A stretch of DNA of 54,641 nucleotides, taken from positions 1 to 54,641 of the IMG/VR virus record IMGVR_UViG_3300048851_000182; one strand, given 5' to 3'. This stretch comes from a virus (Duplodnaviria > Caudoviricetes). Both the position numbers and the translations under genes were made by a program. The notes under the pieces are model-generated. The model searched no databases, was not told where the DNA came from, and saw only the letters and a list, made by a program, of their open reading frames with translations. Of this stretch, positions 28,855-38,087 are shown in pieces. The stretch's first letter is position 1. Every line of letters starts with the position of its first letter.

Positions 28855-28874
28855 ATTCTAAACGACTTTTTGAA

Positions 28875-30089
28875 ATGCCAAATAATGTAAACCTTGGTAT
28901 TGCCAGAACCGTGCAAGCGGCTCTAATGCATACTGCGAATAACGGCTTGAAGTTTAATCGCTACGGCGCTGCTCAGGCTATGCTTTCTCCCGCCGTTCAG
29001 GAGGTAAGAACTCAGATCAGCCCGTACGGTCCAACCGATAGTACCTCGGTTATCTGGGGATCTACGCCAGGGCGCGACATTCTGGTACCCAAAGTTCAGG
29101 TGAACACTTACCCGGCCAGGGTAGTGTCCGGCTATGACGAAAGAACACGGGATTTGAACGGCGAGGACTTCTCTGATCCATTGACTGTCGACGTGGTCTA
29201 TGATTTCTACAAAGAGATCAAGGTCAACCGTTCACTGGCCCGTGAGTTGTTCGAGCCGAAAGCTTTGGAGTACATGAACAACTACGTGGCGGGCAAAATG
29301 TCGGACACGCTGGATCCTAAATACAAAGTGTTTGTGGATCGTCTTGCTCTACAAATTATCCAAGATTTCGATTCCGGTGTGGCGAATCCTTTTGCAACGT
29401 ATGTGTTGACTTCTCTGATCGCGCGTATCGGCAAAAATGCAGCTTACCCAACGGCCAATACGCCGACAGCTGCGGCGCCATTGATCGACGTGCCGACGTT
29501 CAATGCTGACAGAACATTGAAGGCTGAATTTTGGGATTTTATCAACGAAACCAAAATCGCCAATAAGATTACAGGCAGGTTGATCATGATCGGTGGAACG
29601 CTCGCGCTACGTGCGATGCGTCGTGAAGGAGTACTGGCGATCAACGACGCTGGCTATGATTGGTCTACCATGTTCGGACGAACGCCGGTGGATTTCTACT
29701 ATGATGAGCTGATCGATACGATTTATGGTGCTGGGCGGATCCTTCTGATCGATTCAGGAGCAGCTGCTGCGGAAACATTCTGCTATGCTGACTTCCCGGA
29801 AAAATTTGGAGATCCTACAAATAGCGATGACACCGCCGACGCGAAGGGCAAGATCATGTTCCTGAACCTTCCGGAAGATGAGACAATCTTGCAAAATGTT
29901 GCGACTTCCTTTATTCGCGATGTGGATGTTCGTGTGACTCGCAAGCGCGATGCCAATGACTTCGCGGTAACAACTGCTACCGTAGCTCTTCCTGCTGGTC
30001 TTTACATCCGTCCTAATGGATGGTTCACTGAGGATGTAACCAACGTACTTCATGGAGTTTCCGGCATCTTCGCCGCGAAACTGATCTAA
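28875..30089 (+). CDS. Putative major capsid protein
   Basis: 404 aa, after the scaffold and followed by a strong hairpin. Confidence 0.7.
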   Translation: MPNNVNLGIARTVQAALMHTANNGLKFNRYGAAQAMLSPAVQEVRTQISPYGPTDSTSVIWGSTPGRDILVPKVQVNTYPARVVSGYDERTRDLNGEDFSDPLTVDVVYDFYKEIKVNRSLARELFEPKALEYMNNYVAGKMSDTLDPKYKVFVDRLALQIIQDFDSGVANPFATYVLTSLIARIGKNAAYPTANTPTAAAPLIDVPTFNADRTLKAEFWDFINETKIANKITGRLIMIGGTLALRAMRREGVLAINDAGYDWSTMFGRTPVDFYYDELIDTIYGAGRILLIDSGAAAAETFCYADFPEKFGDPTNSDDTADAKGKIMFLNLPEDETILQNVATSFIRDVDVRVTRKRDANDFAVTTATVALPAGLYIRPNGWFTEDVTNVLHGVSGIFAAKLI

Positions 30090-30094
30090 TCACA

Positions 30095-30133
30095 TAATAA
30101 AGGGGCGGCGCAATGTCGTTCGCCCCTTTATTA
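30095..30133 (+). terminator. Terminator / stabilising hairpin after the capsid gene
   Basis: Perfect 13-bp stem TAATAAAGGGGCG / CGCCCCTTTATTA. Confidence 0.8.
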
Positions 30134-30146
30134 CTTCGCACACACA

Positions 30147-32558
30147 ATGAGACATTTTTTTATGTTGCTGTTCAGTTTACTACAACTGACAGCTTTTGCT
30201 CAAAACAAGGTCACTGGAACTATTCAGGTCGACCTTTCCAATTATTACACGAAGTCCCAGACTGATAGCATATTTAAAGTATCTGGTGGTGTGGTAAAGC
30301 CGCCCGTCAAGAAACCGGACTGCCAGAAAGGGCCGGACGTATGGGATATTCGTGACATTACAATGAGCTCCGCTACCCTACAATTCGACGGTCAGGGTGT
30401 CGACACATTGCAATTTGAGGTCTGGAAAATTGGCGGTGCTCAGATATCATCCGGATTGATCGCTCCCAAAAGTTCTATTGTTTCTATCGGCTATCCGAGT
30501 CAAACCGGGTCTGCAAACTTAGCAGGTTACACGCTGGTTATTCGTGGTTATTCCTGCAAGAGTGATGATGACAGGCGAGATTTTAAAATCAAGAGTGACG
30601 TTGGTGGTGGTGTAGTAATTCCCCCCGCTCCTGTTACTGGAAAGAGCAAAGTCCTTGGTGCATACACTGAGCGCAAAAACGGAAGAAATTTCACATTCAA
30701 TAAAACCGGAAGACTCGCTCTAACATTCAATGAGGACGGGACTATCTCGGATGGGACAAAAGGGCTTAACACGAGCGGGAAAATCCACACTGTTGACGGT
30801 CGCAACGTGTTTTATGCTATCGGTTACGCGATTGATGAAACACCGACAGGAGAATACAGAGGTTTTCAGAATGTTTATCTGCCGGACGGAATATATACAA
30901 TCCGGCAGTTTGTCGTTGATGCAGACAAAATCCCCTCTCAGAGTGCTTTTAGAACTGGTTTTGATGGATGGCCTAAACCTGACGGCAATCCCGGCGTAAA
31001 TATTGAAACCGGCGAAATGTCTGAGATCTTTATCTCAATATTTTCGGACAAGAAAGAGGGTAACGGATCTACGCCTGATTGGTTGCGCGTGTCAAGAGCT
31101 TTGAACGCTCCGAATGTTCTTCCTGCAATGGATTGGGCACCGTACAACCGGACTTTTTCAACAGGGTACATTAACCGAGGGGACTCTCAGGTTACCTACC
31201 AGCGCGTAGGGATGCAGCCCTACATTGATCTGGGTAATGAAGCACGACAGCCTGATACGTGGCATACAATCAAGTCGGGTCACGAAGGTTTTCAGTCTGA
31301 CGATTATCTGAAAAGCTTAGGCAGGCATTTCGCCGAAAGAATGGGGCCCAGTATCAGATCTGTTATCACCTCTGAGTTGGGAGAAAATTCTCAGGGGAAG
31401 GATCCTGATGAATACGGTCGTGTTCAGCAGACGTACAAAGCAGCTTTTGAGCTATACAAAGAACTTGGTTTAACGGACAATCCACTTTATACCGGGTTGT
31501 TCGGCGACTACGGAGGCGAAAACTACCACGGCTATTTTAATGAATACCTTCTTTTTTACGACCGACCTACTTTCGAGAAAAGTCTAACAACTCATTTGCA
31601 CAAGGGTTTTGGAGCTCTGAGCAATGGAGATTTTGGTTTCAGTGATAATGATCATCAATTCTACACAAGAGATCATATCGGAGTCCGGAATCTCAATAAC
31701 AAGTACTATTTCTGGAACCGGGTTTATTACCTACCCTACGAGTTGATTTATGCCAATGAGAAAACCAAGTTGGGTACAAAAACTTGGCAGGGGGTCGATC
31801 GTGAGAGGAAGGTAAGTACATTCACGACGGTCAAGATAGAGAGCTTTGTTGCAAATAATAAAGGTCAAAAAACCGGGATTGAGCAAGCAAGAACCGGGGA
31901 AATTATACCATTTCCAGGCGGAGAGATTCTGACAAAATTTAACAGTCAACCTCCTGCTCCGTGGGATGAAATGTATACTACTTCATTGTGGAGTATGCTG
32001 CTCACAGGAGGAATCCAACTTTGGGACGCTCCTGGATCCGCCTTTGGTCAGGATGAATCAAAATTGCACTGGTGGAGTGATAAATATGTCGGTTGGAGAA
32101 AGAACGGTGAGCAGGATTTCAGGCCATTCAACAGCGGTCAAGATGGAGCACCGGAGGAGAGTTATCTAGGGTTAACGCACACGCTTTTTGCGCCGCCTCT
32201 TGACGCGGCCGCAGCAGGAGCTCAGGTTGTTTACGATATCAGGGACAGGCTGGAAAGGATTTCGGCTGTATCCTACAAATCCAGCTTAGGGGAGTTTTTT
32301 GTTAAGCCCGGATCAGCCGGCTTCAACCTGAACGGGTTCGGCCCGATCAACCGCAATTTCTTCTTTTTCCGGGACGCGATGGATCAGAAAAAGGCGATTG
32401 TTCTGGTCTGTGAGGGAAAGGGTGGTGTGGCACTAGTCTATTATAACGGCTATTTAAGTCCGAGAGACTACGAGGATAACGTAATTATCAGGTACGCTGG
32501 AACTGATTACAATCTCGGCAGGGTCTACGGCAGACAAACGATCATCAAGAAGATATGA
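30147..32558 (+). CDS. Large signal-peptide-bearing protein with a fibre-like N-terminal motif
   Basis: MRHFFMLLFSLLQLTAFA|QN, then VDLSNYYTKSQTD, Pro-rich linkers and a large aromatic-rich domain. Confidence 0.7.
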   Translation: MRHFFMLLFSLLQLTAFAQNKVTGTIQVDLSNYYTKSQTDSIFKVSGGVVKPPVKKPDCQKGPDVWDIRDITMSSATLQFDGQGVDTLQFEVWKIGGAQISSGLIAPKSSIVSIGYPSQTGSANLAGYTLVIRGYSCKSDDDRRDFKIKSDVGGGVVIPPAPVTGKSKVLGAYTERKNGRNFTFNKTGRLALTFNEDGTISDGTKGLNTSGKIHTVDGRNVFYAIGYAIDETPTGEYRGFQNVYLPDGIYTIRQFVVDADKIPSQSAFRTGFDGWPKPDGNPGVNIETGEMSEIFISIFSDKKEGNGSTPDWLRVSRALNAPNVLPAMDWAPYNRTFSTGYINRGDSQVTYQRVGMQPYIDLGNEARQPDTWHTIKSGHEGFQSDDYLKSLGRHFAERMGPSIRSVITSELGENSQGKDPDEYGRVQQTYKAAFELYKELGLTDNPLYTGLFGDYGGENYHGYFNEYLLFYDRPTFEKSLTTHLHKGFGALSNGDFGFSDNDHQFYTRDHIGVRNLNNKYYFWNRVYYLPYELIYANEKTKLGTKTWQGVDRERKVSTFTTVKIESFVANNKGQKTGIEQARTGEIIPFPGGEILTKFNSQPPAPWDEMYTTSLWSMLLTGGIQLWDAPGSAFGQDESKLHWWSDKYVGWRKNGEQDFRPFNSGQDGAPEESYLGLTHTLFAPPLDAAAAGAQVVYDIRDRLERISAVSYKSSLGEFFVKPGSAGFNLNGFGPINRNFFFFRDAMDQKKAIVLVCEGKGGVALVYYNGYLSPRDYEDNVIIRYAGTDYNLGRVYGRQTIIKKI

Positions 32559-32875
32559 AGATCAATGTTCACAAACTAACTGCCGTGTTCGCAGTGGTAG
32601 TCTTGATCCTTACAGCTATTTGGCTTACAAGATCGTGCGCCCACAAGCCGATCGTGACTACAACCTGGAAGCCAGCCGACAGCCTGGCGTACTACAAGAA
32701 ACTCGCCCAGCAGGATTCGGCAATTTCCTCCAAACACACACAACAGTATGAGCAAGATTATAACCGCTACCTCTATCCTGATTCTGTTGGCCGTGACAGC
32801 CTGGGCGCAAGAATCTGGAACGCAGCTATCAGAAAAGCAGAAGCAGACAGCGTACGCAAACGCGCTCCTCGATAG
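32555..32875 (+). CDS. Putative spanin-like membrane protein
   Basis: N-terminal TM ending LTRSC, helical tail; in the lysis cassette and overlapping the next gene. Confidence 0.5.
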   Translation: MKINVHKLTAVFAVVVLILTAIWLTRSCAHKPIVTTTWKPADSLAYYKKLAQQDSAISSKHTQQYEQDYNRYLYPDSVGRDSLGARIWNAAIRKAEADSVRKRAPR

Positions 32876-33131
32876 TGCGTACCGTTACGAGCTACTAAAA
32901 CCTACATTCTTTCATCTCAAAACCGCTTATGAATCGAGGGGAAAAGAAATCGACGACCTCCGAAACGCTTTGCGCATGTCCGAGCTGCAAACTGCATTGC
33001 AAAAACAAAGCTTTGAAGCCACTATCAGTGAAGAAAGGAAGAAGACCAGAAAGGGATATTGGAAAGGGTTCAAACATGGATTCGGCGCCGGTTTCCCGAC
33101 TGGATTTTTAACCGGGCTTTCAGTCCATTAA
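32748..33131 (+). CDS. Putative spanin-like exported coiled-coil protein
   Basis: Signal AWA|QE, coiled coil, Gly/Phe-rich C-terminus; overlaps the previous gene by 128 nt. Confidence 0.5.
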   Translation: MSKIITATSILILLAVTAWAQESGTQLSEKQKQTAYANALLDSAYRYELLKPTFFHLKTAYESRGKEIDDLRNALRMSELQTALQKQSFEATISEERKKTRKGYWKGFKHGFGAGFPTGFLTGLSVH

Positions 33132-33142
33132 TCTTCAAACAA

Positions 33143-33730
33143 ATGAAACTTTTTGAACATTTTAATCTCACGTCAATGCTCGCCTCTATCGGTTTGACAA
33201 TTAAAGGAATGGTCACAAATCCCGCATTCCTTTTGCTCTCTTCTTCGACTGTGGGATTTATACAGGTCTTTAATTACAGGAAGGATCTGACTATCGATTT
33301 AATTGCTGCTGTTACGATCGGGTTTGCCCTGATGACGTTTTTAGGACTTGTGAAGCATTACAAGTCAGGTGAAGCCAAAGCGGAGATCTTTGTCAAGAAA
33401 ACCATTGAACAGTTTGTCGTGATGGTTTCCGTCGTGCTGCTGGGCTATATTGCCTCAATCATCCTATCAGTGGTTTTCAAGATCGTTACCTCCCAGGTGC
33501 CTGGCGCTAATCCAGTCCCGGGCGTTGCGCTCTACTTCATATTTGCCGGGTACGGTGTAATGTTCACTTACTACTTCATCAAGTCCTGTGACCTGGTTGA
33601 TCAAATTCTTCCAAATCTGTTGCCGAAATGGTTTAGCGCTCCATTCCGGAAGTTCCGTCAGACTGGCGATTATAAGGACCTACTCTCATTTGTAAAGGCG
33701 GAGGAAGAAGCCAAAACACCGGTACAATGA
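33143..33730 (+). CDS. Putative holin
   Basis: Several TM segments, directly before the endolysin; start placed at MKLFEH. Confidence 0.65.
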   Translation: MKLFEHFNLTSMLASIGLTIKGMVTNPAFLLLSSSTVGFIQVFNYRKDLTIDLIAAVTIGFALMTFLGLVKHYKSGEAKAEIFVKKTIEQFVVMVSVVLLGYIASIILSVVFKIVTSQVPGANPVPGVALYFIFAGYGVMFTYYFIKSCDLVDQILPNLLPKWFSAPFRKFRQTGDYKDLLSFVKAEEEAKTPVQ

Positions 33731-34173
33731 AAAGCCAGGCTCAACTCATCGCCAAATTCGGCAATCCCTACGATAATAAGCTGGCATTTGAACGTAAATG
33801 GATGGTTTTTTGGGAGGTTCCAAAAGAGATCACGGAGGCAATCCCAATGCTTCCGAAGAAGATTTACCTGAATTACTATGCAATTGTTCCGCTAGAAGAT
33901 ACACTCAAAGAGCTAATTGCTAACGGGCTTCACACTGAGATTAAGACTTGGGACGGATGTTTTAACATTCGCCCCAAACGCGGCAGTTCTGGTATTTCCA
34001 CGCATGCATGGGGTATTGCTGTTGATCTGAATGCGAACTGGAATCCCTTCCGAGGGAAAGTCACCTGGTCCAAAGAGTTTTTACAAGCTTGGCGGCAGAA
34101 TGGATGGATTTGCGGAGCGGATTGGTCAAAGACATCAGTTGACGGCATGCATTTTCAGTGGGAAGGATTTTGA
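33727..34173 (+). CDS. Endolysin, M15-family zinc peptidase
   Basis: STHAWGIAVD (SxHxxGxAxD) and DGMHFQ. Confidence 0.9.
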   Translation: MKSQAQLIAKFGNPYDNKLAFERKWMVFWEVPKEITEAIPMLPKKIYLNYYAIVPLEDTLKELIANGLHTEIKTWDGCFNIRPKRGSSGISTHAWGIAVDLNANWNPFRGKVTWSKEFLQAWRQNGWICGADWSKTSVDGMHFQWEGF

Positions 34174-34186
34174 CACTTCAAGTTTA

Positions 34187-34405
34187 TTAGAACGTTGGGC
34201 ATCCATTTTCTAACCACTCCTTGAATTCAATAAGTCGAAGTCGGAAGCTATCTGCCCCCTTATAGTCGGGCCTAACCGTCAATATGTTTAACTCCGAGGC
34301 GACAAATTTGGCAGGATTCTCAACAGTGGTGTATTTGTTGAATTTTATCGGTCCTACGGGTAGCTCTTTCTCTGCGAAGTAGTCAATCAGTTCTTTTGTT
34401 GTCAT
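34187..34405 (-). CDS. Small hypothetical protein
   Basis: Compact ORF convergent with the endolysin. Confidence 0.7.
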   Translation of the reverse strand: MTTKELIDYFAEKELPVGPIKFNKYTTVENPAKFVASELNILTVRPDYKGADSFRLRLIEFKEWLENGCPTF

Positions 34406-34484
34406 CAGGGAGTTTTCTATGACTCGAAGTTACATGATACCGATCTAAAAAAAATTTCTAAATCTTTCCTGCTCCATTTAGCCT

Positions 34485-34516
34485 AAAGGTCGATTTTCCG
34501 AAATCGGCCTTTTTTC
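34485..34516 (+). terminator. Intrinsic terminator, likely the end of the late operon
   Basis: AAAGGTCGATTT-TCCG-AAATCGGCCTTT followed by T residues. Confidence 0.75.
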
Positions 34517-34585
34517 ATGTTGACATAGATTATGCATTATGATACTTTTGAAATCTTCTTTAAGATACCAAAAATATCATCAACA

Positions 34586-34774
34586 ATGGAAAACACTGAG
34601 ATTCAACGTTTTTTGCTTGCAGGAGCACTTGACTATTTAAATCAACTTAGCCCCGAAAGAAGACAGTGCCTTGGGCCATGCTATCTGCAAGGCCTAAACG
34701 GAGCAGCTTATGTCGTGACATTCATATATACCGATAAATGGGAGATTGGTACATGCGTTAAATGGATAAGGTGA
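34586..34774 (+). CDS. Small hypothetical protein with its own promoter
   Basis: TACTTTTG at 34543-34550 with TTG 20 nt upstream; start placed at MENTEI. Confidence 0.5.
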   Translation: MENTEIQRFLLAGALDYLNQLSPERRQCLGPCYLQGLNGAAYVVTFIYTDKWEIGTCVKWIR

Positions 34775-34814
34775 GATGGTAACTTAGAAATTATAGATTA
34801 ATTCGACTAGAAAG

Positions 34815-35534
34815 CTATTTCTGCGTGTCTCCCTTTGTAGTAGTAAGAACCTGCTGAATTTTACGCAATTCATCTGTCATTTTTTCTAACTTTTCTGGGA
34901 TTTTCGTGAGACTATAATATGCCTTAGTCGATTCTTTAGCATGATCCAACGTCAGTCTTCCGGCTTCCATTGATATTGGAATGATGTAGTCAAACTTGTT
35001 ACCCGATTCCAATTGATCAAAAAACTCCACTCTCAAAATATAGTCAGTTGGATAAGGATTTTTCTTATAAAAGGCATTGTAACCATCGATAATGACAAAG
35101 TGTGATTCATCTTTTTGAAGAGAGACAATAAAATCGAAATCTGGGTTTTTGTGTATCTGCACAAATCCCCCAAAGATAGACTGTGGCTTTCCATATCGCT
35201 TTTTTGTTGGCCCATACTCTTCAATCCAGGAGAGTTTAATTCTGTATGCAGTAGAACCACCGATATTTTTAACAACCAATTGTAAGAGGCTGTACCTACT
35301 CTCGCCGTCGATCTTCACAATAATTTGGGGGAGTTGATTGAGACTGCCCTGATGAATTACCTCAAAGGCAAACATTGCAGACACCAATGCTGCAAAAACT
35401 CCCAAGCAAGATACTGCTTCTGACCACTTACCTTCGTGTATTGCTAACCCTGCAACGACAAGCATGATTATCGATGACCAAATCAATAATCCCATTATGC
35501 CTTTGCGTTTATCGATGATAAATTTGGGAATCAT
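34815..35534 (-). CDS. Membrane-anchored hypothetical protein (moron)
   Basis: Two N-terminal TM segments, soluble beta domain (VKNIGGSTAY), C-terminal coiled coil; AT-rich by eye. Confidence 0.75.
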   Translation of the reverse strand: MIPKFIIDKRKGIMGLLIWSSIIMLVVAGLAIHEGKWSEAVSCLGVFAALVSAMFAFEVIHQGSLNQLPQIIVKIDGESRYSLLQLVVKNIGGSTAYRIKLSWIEEYGPTKKRYGKPQSIFGGFVQIHKNPDFDFIVSLQKDESHFVIIDGYNAFYKKNPYPTDYILRVEFFDQLESGNKFDYIIPISMEAGRLTLDHAKESTKAYYSLTKIPEKLEKMTDELRKIQQVLTTTKGDTQK

Positions 35535-35626
35535 GCTTTCAAATTTTAAAAAGTCATAAACTCTTTAAAATTAGGAAAGTTTGAGAACGCAGCGTACTCT
35601 TTTGAACTATCAATGCTTTCGGCGTC

Positions 35627-36106
35627 TTAATATTGGATGCTCTTATTCCAGCAAATGATTTGACCATTGAAATCATGCGGATATTTGAACCATTCCAAGA
35701 AATCCGAGAATGAAAGCCCATCATAAACGGCAGCAACTTGGACATCATAAGCGTTTATCGGATTGCCTGCAATAAACACCTGACGGTCTTTTACCTCGAA
35801 ATTCCACACGTTCTCTATCCTGACATCATGAGCTAATGTGACTTGCTTTGTGTGGTAAGGCTTTCCTGACCATACTCGCAAACTGGCCATCTCGCCCGCC
35901 TTCCAACGAGATCCGGCTCGTACGGTATGAAATTTAGGTTCACAATCTTCGTAGATCTCTTCATCCAGTTCAAGTTCATCCACCTCTAAAATAGGATGTT
36001 TGAGCAATTCGAGTCCTTTAATTACCTTTTCTGGGAAAAAGGTATCTTTTCCAGCCTTTGAATGATATGCTGGAAACCTTCGGGTAAACGTGATCACTTT
36101 GGCCAT
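35627..36106 (-). CDS. ASCH/PUA-like phage protein
   Basis: KFHTVR..RWKAGE and AVYDGL..F..WF patterns. Confidence 0.6.
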   Translation of the reverse strand: MAKVITFTRRFPAYHSKAGKDTFFPEKVIKGLELLKHPILEVDELELDEEIYEDCEPKFHTVRAGSRWKAGEMASLRVWSGKPYHTKQVTLAHDVRIENVWNFEVKDRQVFIAGNPINAYDVQVAAVYDGLSFSDFLEWFKYPHDFNGQIICWNKSIQY

Positions 36107-36531
36107 TATGAAAGGAGTTTATGTTGCCCTTCCTTGATCTCTTTGTAAAGAGTGGACCCCGATTTTGTAACTGCATAAGGCAGGAATATTTCAGGCATCT
36201 CGGCCAGCCCGGCTTCAATAATTGCGCACTGAGCTTCGATCCAGTCTTTCAGGATCCGCCATGCTATCCGAACTGCTTGATCCTTCGTGCAGAATGAGCG
36301 TGGGATCTTCTTCTCCTTTTCCATCGCTTTCAATACGCCAGTGTAATTTGCGGGTAAGGAAAAGTACGTCATTCGATCTCCCATCCAAAGACCGAAAGTT
36401 ACTGATGACGGTGTTTTGTCTTCGGAATAATCGCAAACGATCTTGTTTGCACCGTGCTCGACCAAGATTTCCTGAATCTCGCCGATGCTTTTATTTGCCG
36501 AGATTTTGGTAGTGTAATTGAGAATAGGCAT
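36106..36531 (-). CDS. Phage hypothetical protein
   Basis: Coupled ORF (QAVRIAWRILKDW..IFLPY). Confidence 0.75.
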   Translation of the reverse strand: MPILNYTTKISANKSIGEIQEILVEHGANKIVCDYSEDKTPSSVTFGLWMGDRMTYFSLPANYTGVLKAMEKEKKIPRSFCTKDQAVRIAWRILKDWIEAQCAIIEAGLAEMPEIFLPYAVTKSGSTLYKEIKEGQHKLLS

Positions 36532-36575
36532 GTTGTAAATATTGATTTTGTTATTTTGCGTATAAATAATGCACT

Positions 36576-36839
36576 ATGGCTAGCAAAGAATATCCCCAAG
36601 AGAGGTACGAATTTAGAATTGAAAAATTCGACCTAACAGTAAGGGCCAGGATTACGGTCAATCGAGATGGGCATTATACGTGGTATATAAGTCACCTCTT
36701 TCGTATGCCAGGTGCGATAGGCGTTTACTCTCCTTCTCGAAGGATGGAATATAGCTTAGCGGGAGCTAAGTCGCGCTTGGAAAGTTACATTAGACAATTT
36801 GAAAGCGCTGAGGACTACGAGCCATCATCAGAGTTTTGA
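36576..36839 (+). CDS. Antisense moron, hypothetical
   Basis: Fills the gap between minus-strand genes; AT-rich leader. Confidence 0.6.
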   Translation: MASKEYPQERYEFRIEKFDLTVRARITVNRDGHYTWYISHLFRMPGAIGVYSPSRRMEYSLAGAKSRLESYIRQFESAEDYEPSSEF

Positions 36840-36843
36840 ATGT

Positions 36844-37227
36844 TTACGACTCAGGTGCTACGTGGAATTGTTGGAGACCAGGTGCGTAATCCAGATAATC
36901 CTTCTGAGGATCGCAAGCATGTTCAAGCAATATGTCCATTCCCATAACAACCCGGCCCCAACCGGACGCAGCCTCGTAGAGCTCCTTCAGATACTCATAG
37001 ATTACCAAGCGGCTATCCACATCTTCTTCGTTATACCCCAACTCGTCTGCTATATCTTTGCGAATTCGCGTCATTCTAACTTTGTCTCCGTCTTCATCAT
37101 CTAAATGAAGCCATTCTTCTTCTGGTGACGAAAAACCAAATCTTCTGTGCTCCATGGTAAGCTCCGCCATCTGCATAAATTTATACATAGCATCAAGGTC
37201 TTCTCGGCTTGCTTTTGCCATTCTCAT
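36844..37227 (-). CDS. Hypothetical protein
   Basis: Start placed at MRMAKAS within ORF 36844..37296. Confidence 0.7.
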   Translation of the reverse strand: MRMAKASREDLDAMYKFMQMAELTMEHRRFGFSSPEEEWLHLDDEDGDKVRMTRIRKDIADELGYNEEDVDSRLVIYEYLKELYEAASGWGRVVMGMDILLEHACDPQKDYLDYAPGLQQFHVAPES

Positions 37228-37250
37228 AATGGTAGAGATTATAATGTAGG

Positions 37251-37475
37251 TTAGTTTAAGTAGAAAACGACAGGCGTGACCGGATTGTAAAGACATCCGT
37301 ACCGGTCAACCACTGGCGTAAGTGTGATCCATTCGTGCTGAATAATCTTCCGGTTCTGAGCTTTGAAAGCATACCATTGCAAGCTGTTTTCAAACATGAA
37401 CCGGATGAAGTTTGTATCGTGTGAAACTGGGCTCCATTTGATTGGATAGATTTTCCCTGTACTTTGAAATTTCAT
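37251..37475 (-). CDS. Hypothetical protein
   Basis: Co-oriented ORF with AT-rich leader. Confidence 0.55.
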   Translation of the reverse strand: MKFQSTGKIYPIKWSPVSHDTNFIRFMFENSLQWYAFKAQNRKIIQHEWITLTPVVDRYGCLYNPVTPVVFYLN

Positions 37476-37501
37476 GGTTAATAGGAGTTGATATTTGATC
37501 G

Positions 37502-37852
37502 TTAAAGAATTTGATCGTCAGTTGAAATCTGATAATCCTTGCCTTGAAAAGGCTCAACTTTTATCATTTCGCCATTTTGAGTATCCCACCACTCCCACTG
37601 CTTTTTCTTCACATTCCGGCGTTTTTCGCAGTACAGGGAGTGGAAAACATAACCATCTTTGATGTTTCCAGAGAGAACATTGATTTCCGCCTTCTTGGCG
37701 TCGATCTTGGCTTTGTAGCTCGAAGTGACGCTTTTCTTCTCGTCTTCTAGTGAGTTCATTTCGATCTGCTTTTCAGCCAAAGTGAAAGCCATGTCGTTGC
37801 GCTCTTCTTGCGTCAATACGTGCTTGATATTGACGTATTCCATTGTCGCCAT
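37502..37852 (-). CDS. Hypothetical coiled-coil protein
   Basis: Co-oriented ORF. Confidence 0.75.
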   Translation of the reverse strand: MATMEYVNIKHVLTQEERNDMAFTLAEKQIEMNSLEDEKKSVTSSYKAKIDAKKAEINVLSGNIKDGYVFHSLYCEKRRNVKKKQWEWWDTQNGEMIKVEPFQGKDYQISTDDQIL

Positions 37853-37863
37853 AGTTGTAGAAT

Positions 37864-37995
37864 TTAAGAGTTAATAATCGATTTGAATACCTTCCAAATG
37901 CCGCCAATTACCAGGAATGGCAGGACAGCTATGAAGGCGGTCAGCGTAGCAATGAGCCAGATGATTCCTTGAAAGATTCGCGTGGCAGTGATCAT
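37864..37995 (-). CDS. Small membrane peptide (43 aa, not in the ORF track)
   Basis: MITATRIFQGIIWLIATLTAFIAVLPFLVIGGIWKVFKSIINS; co-oriented. Confidence 0.55.
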   Translation of the reverse strand: MITATRIFQGIIWLIATLTAFIAVLPFLVIGGIWKVFKSIINS

Positions 37996-38087
37996 GATAG
38001 TTGTTATTTGAGAAGTGACCCGCAAGCGCGGGGCTCAGATTGGTACGTCTGGCGGCGTGCTGCTAAACCATACTCTAATCCTAGACC

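Noticed and set aside
38015-38040. GC-rich hairpin CCCGC/GCGGG as part of a second tRNA-like element
   Set aside because: No acceptor stem or D arm found around it.
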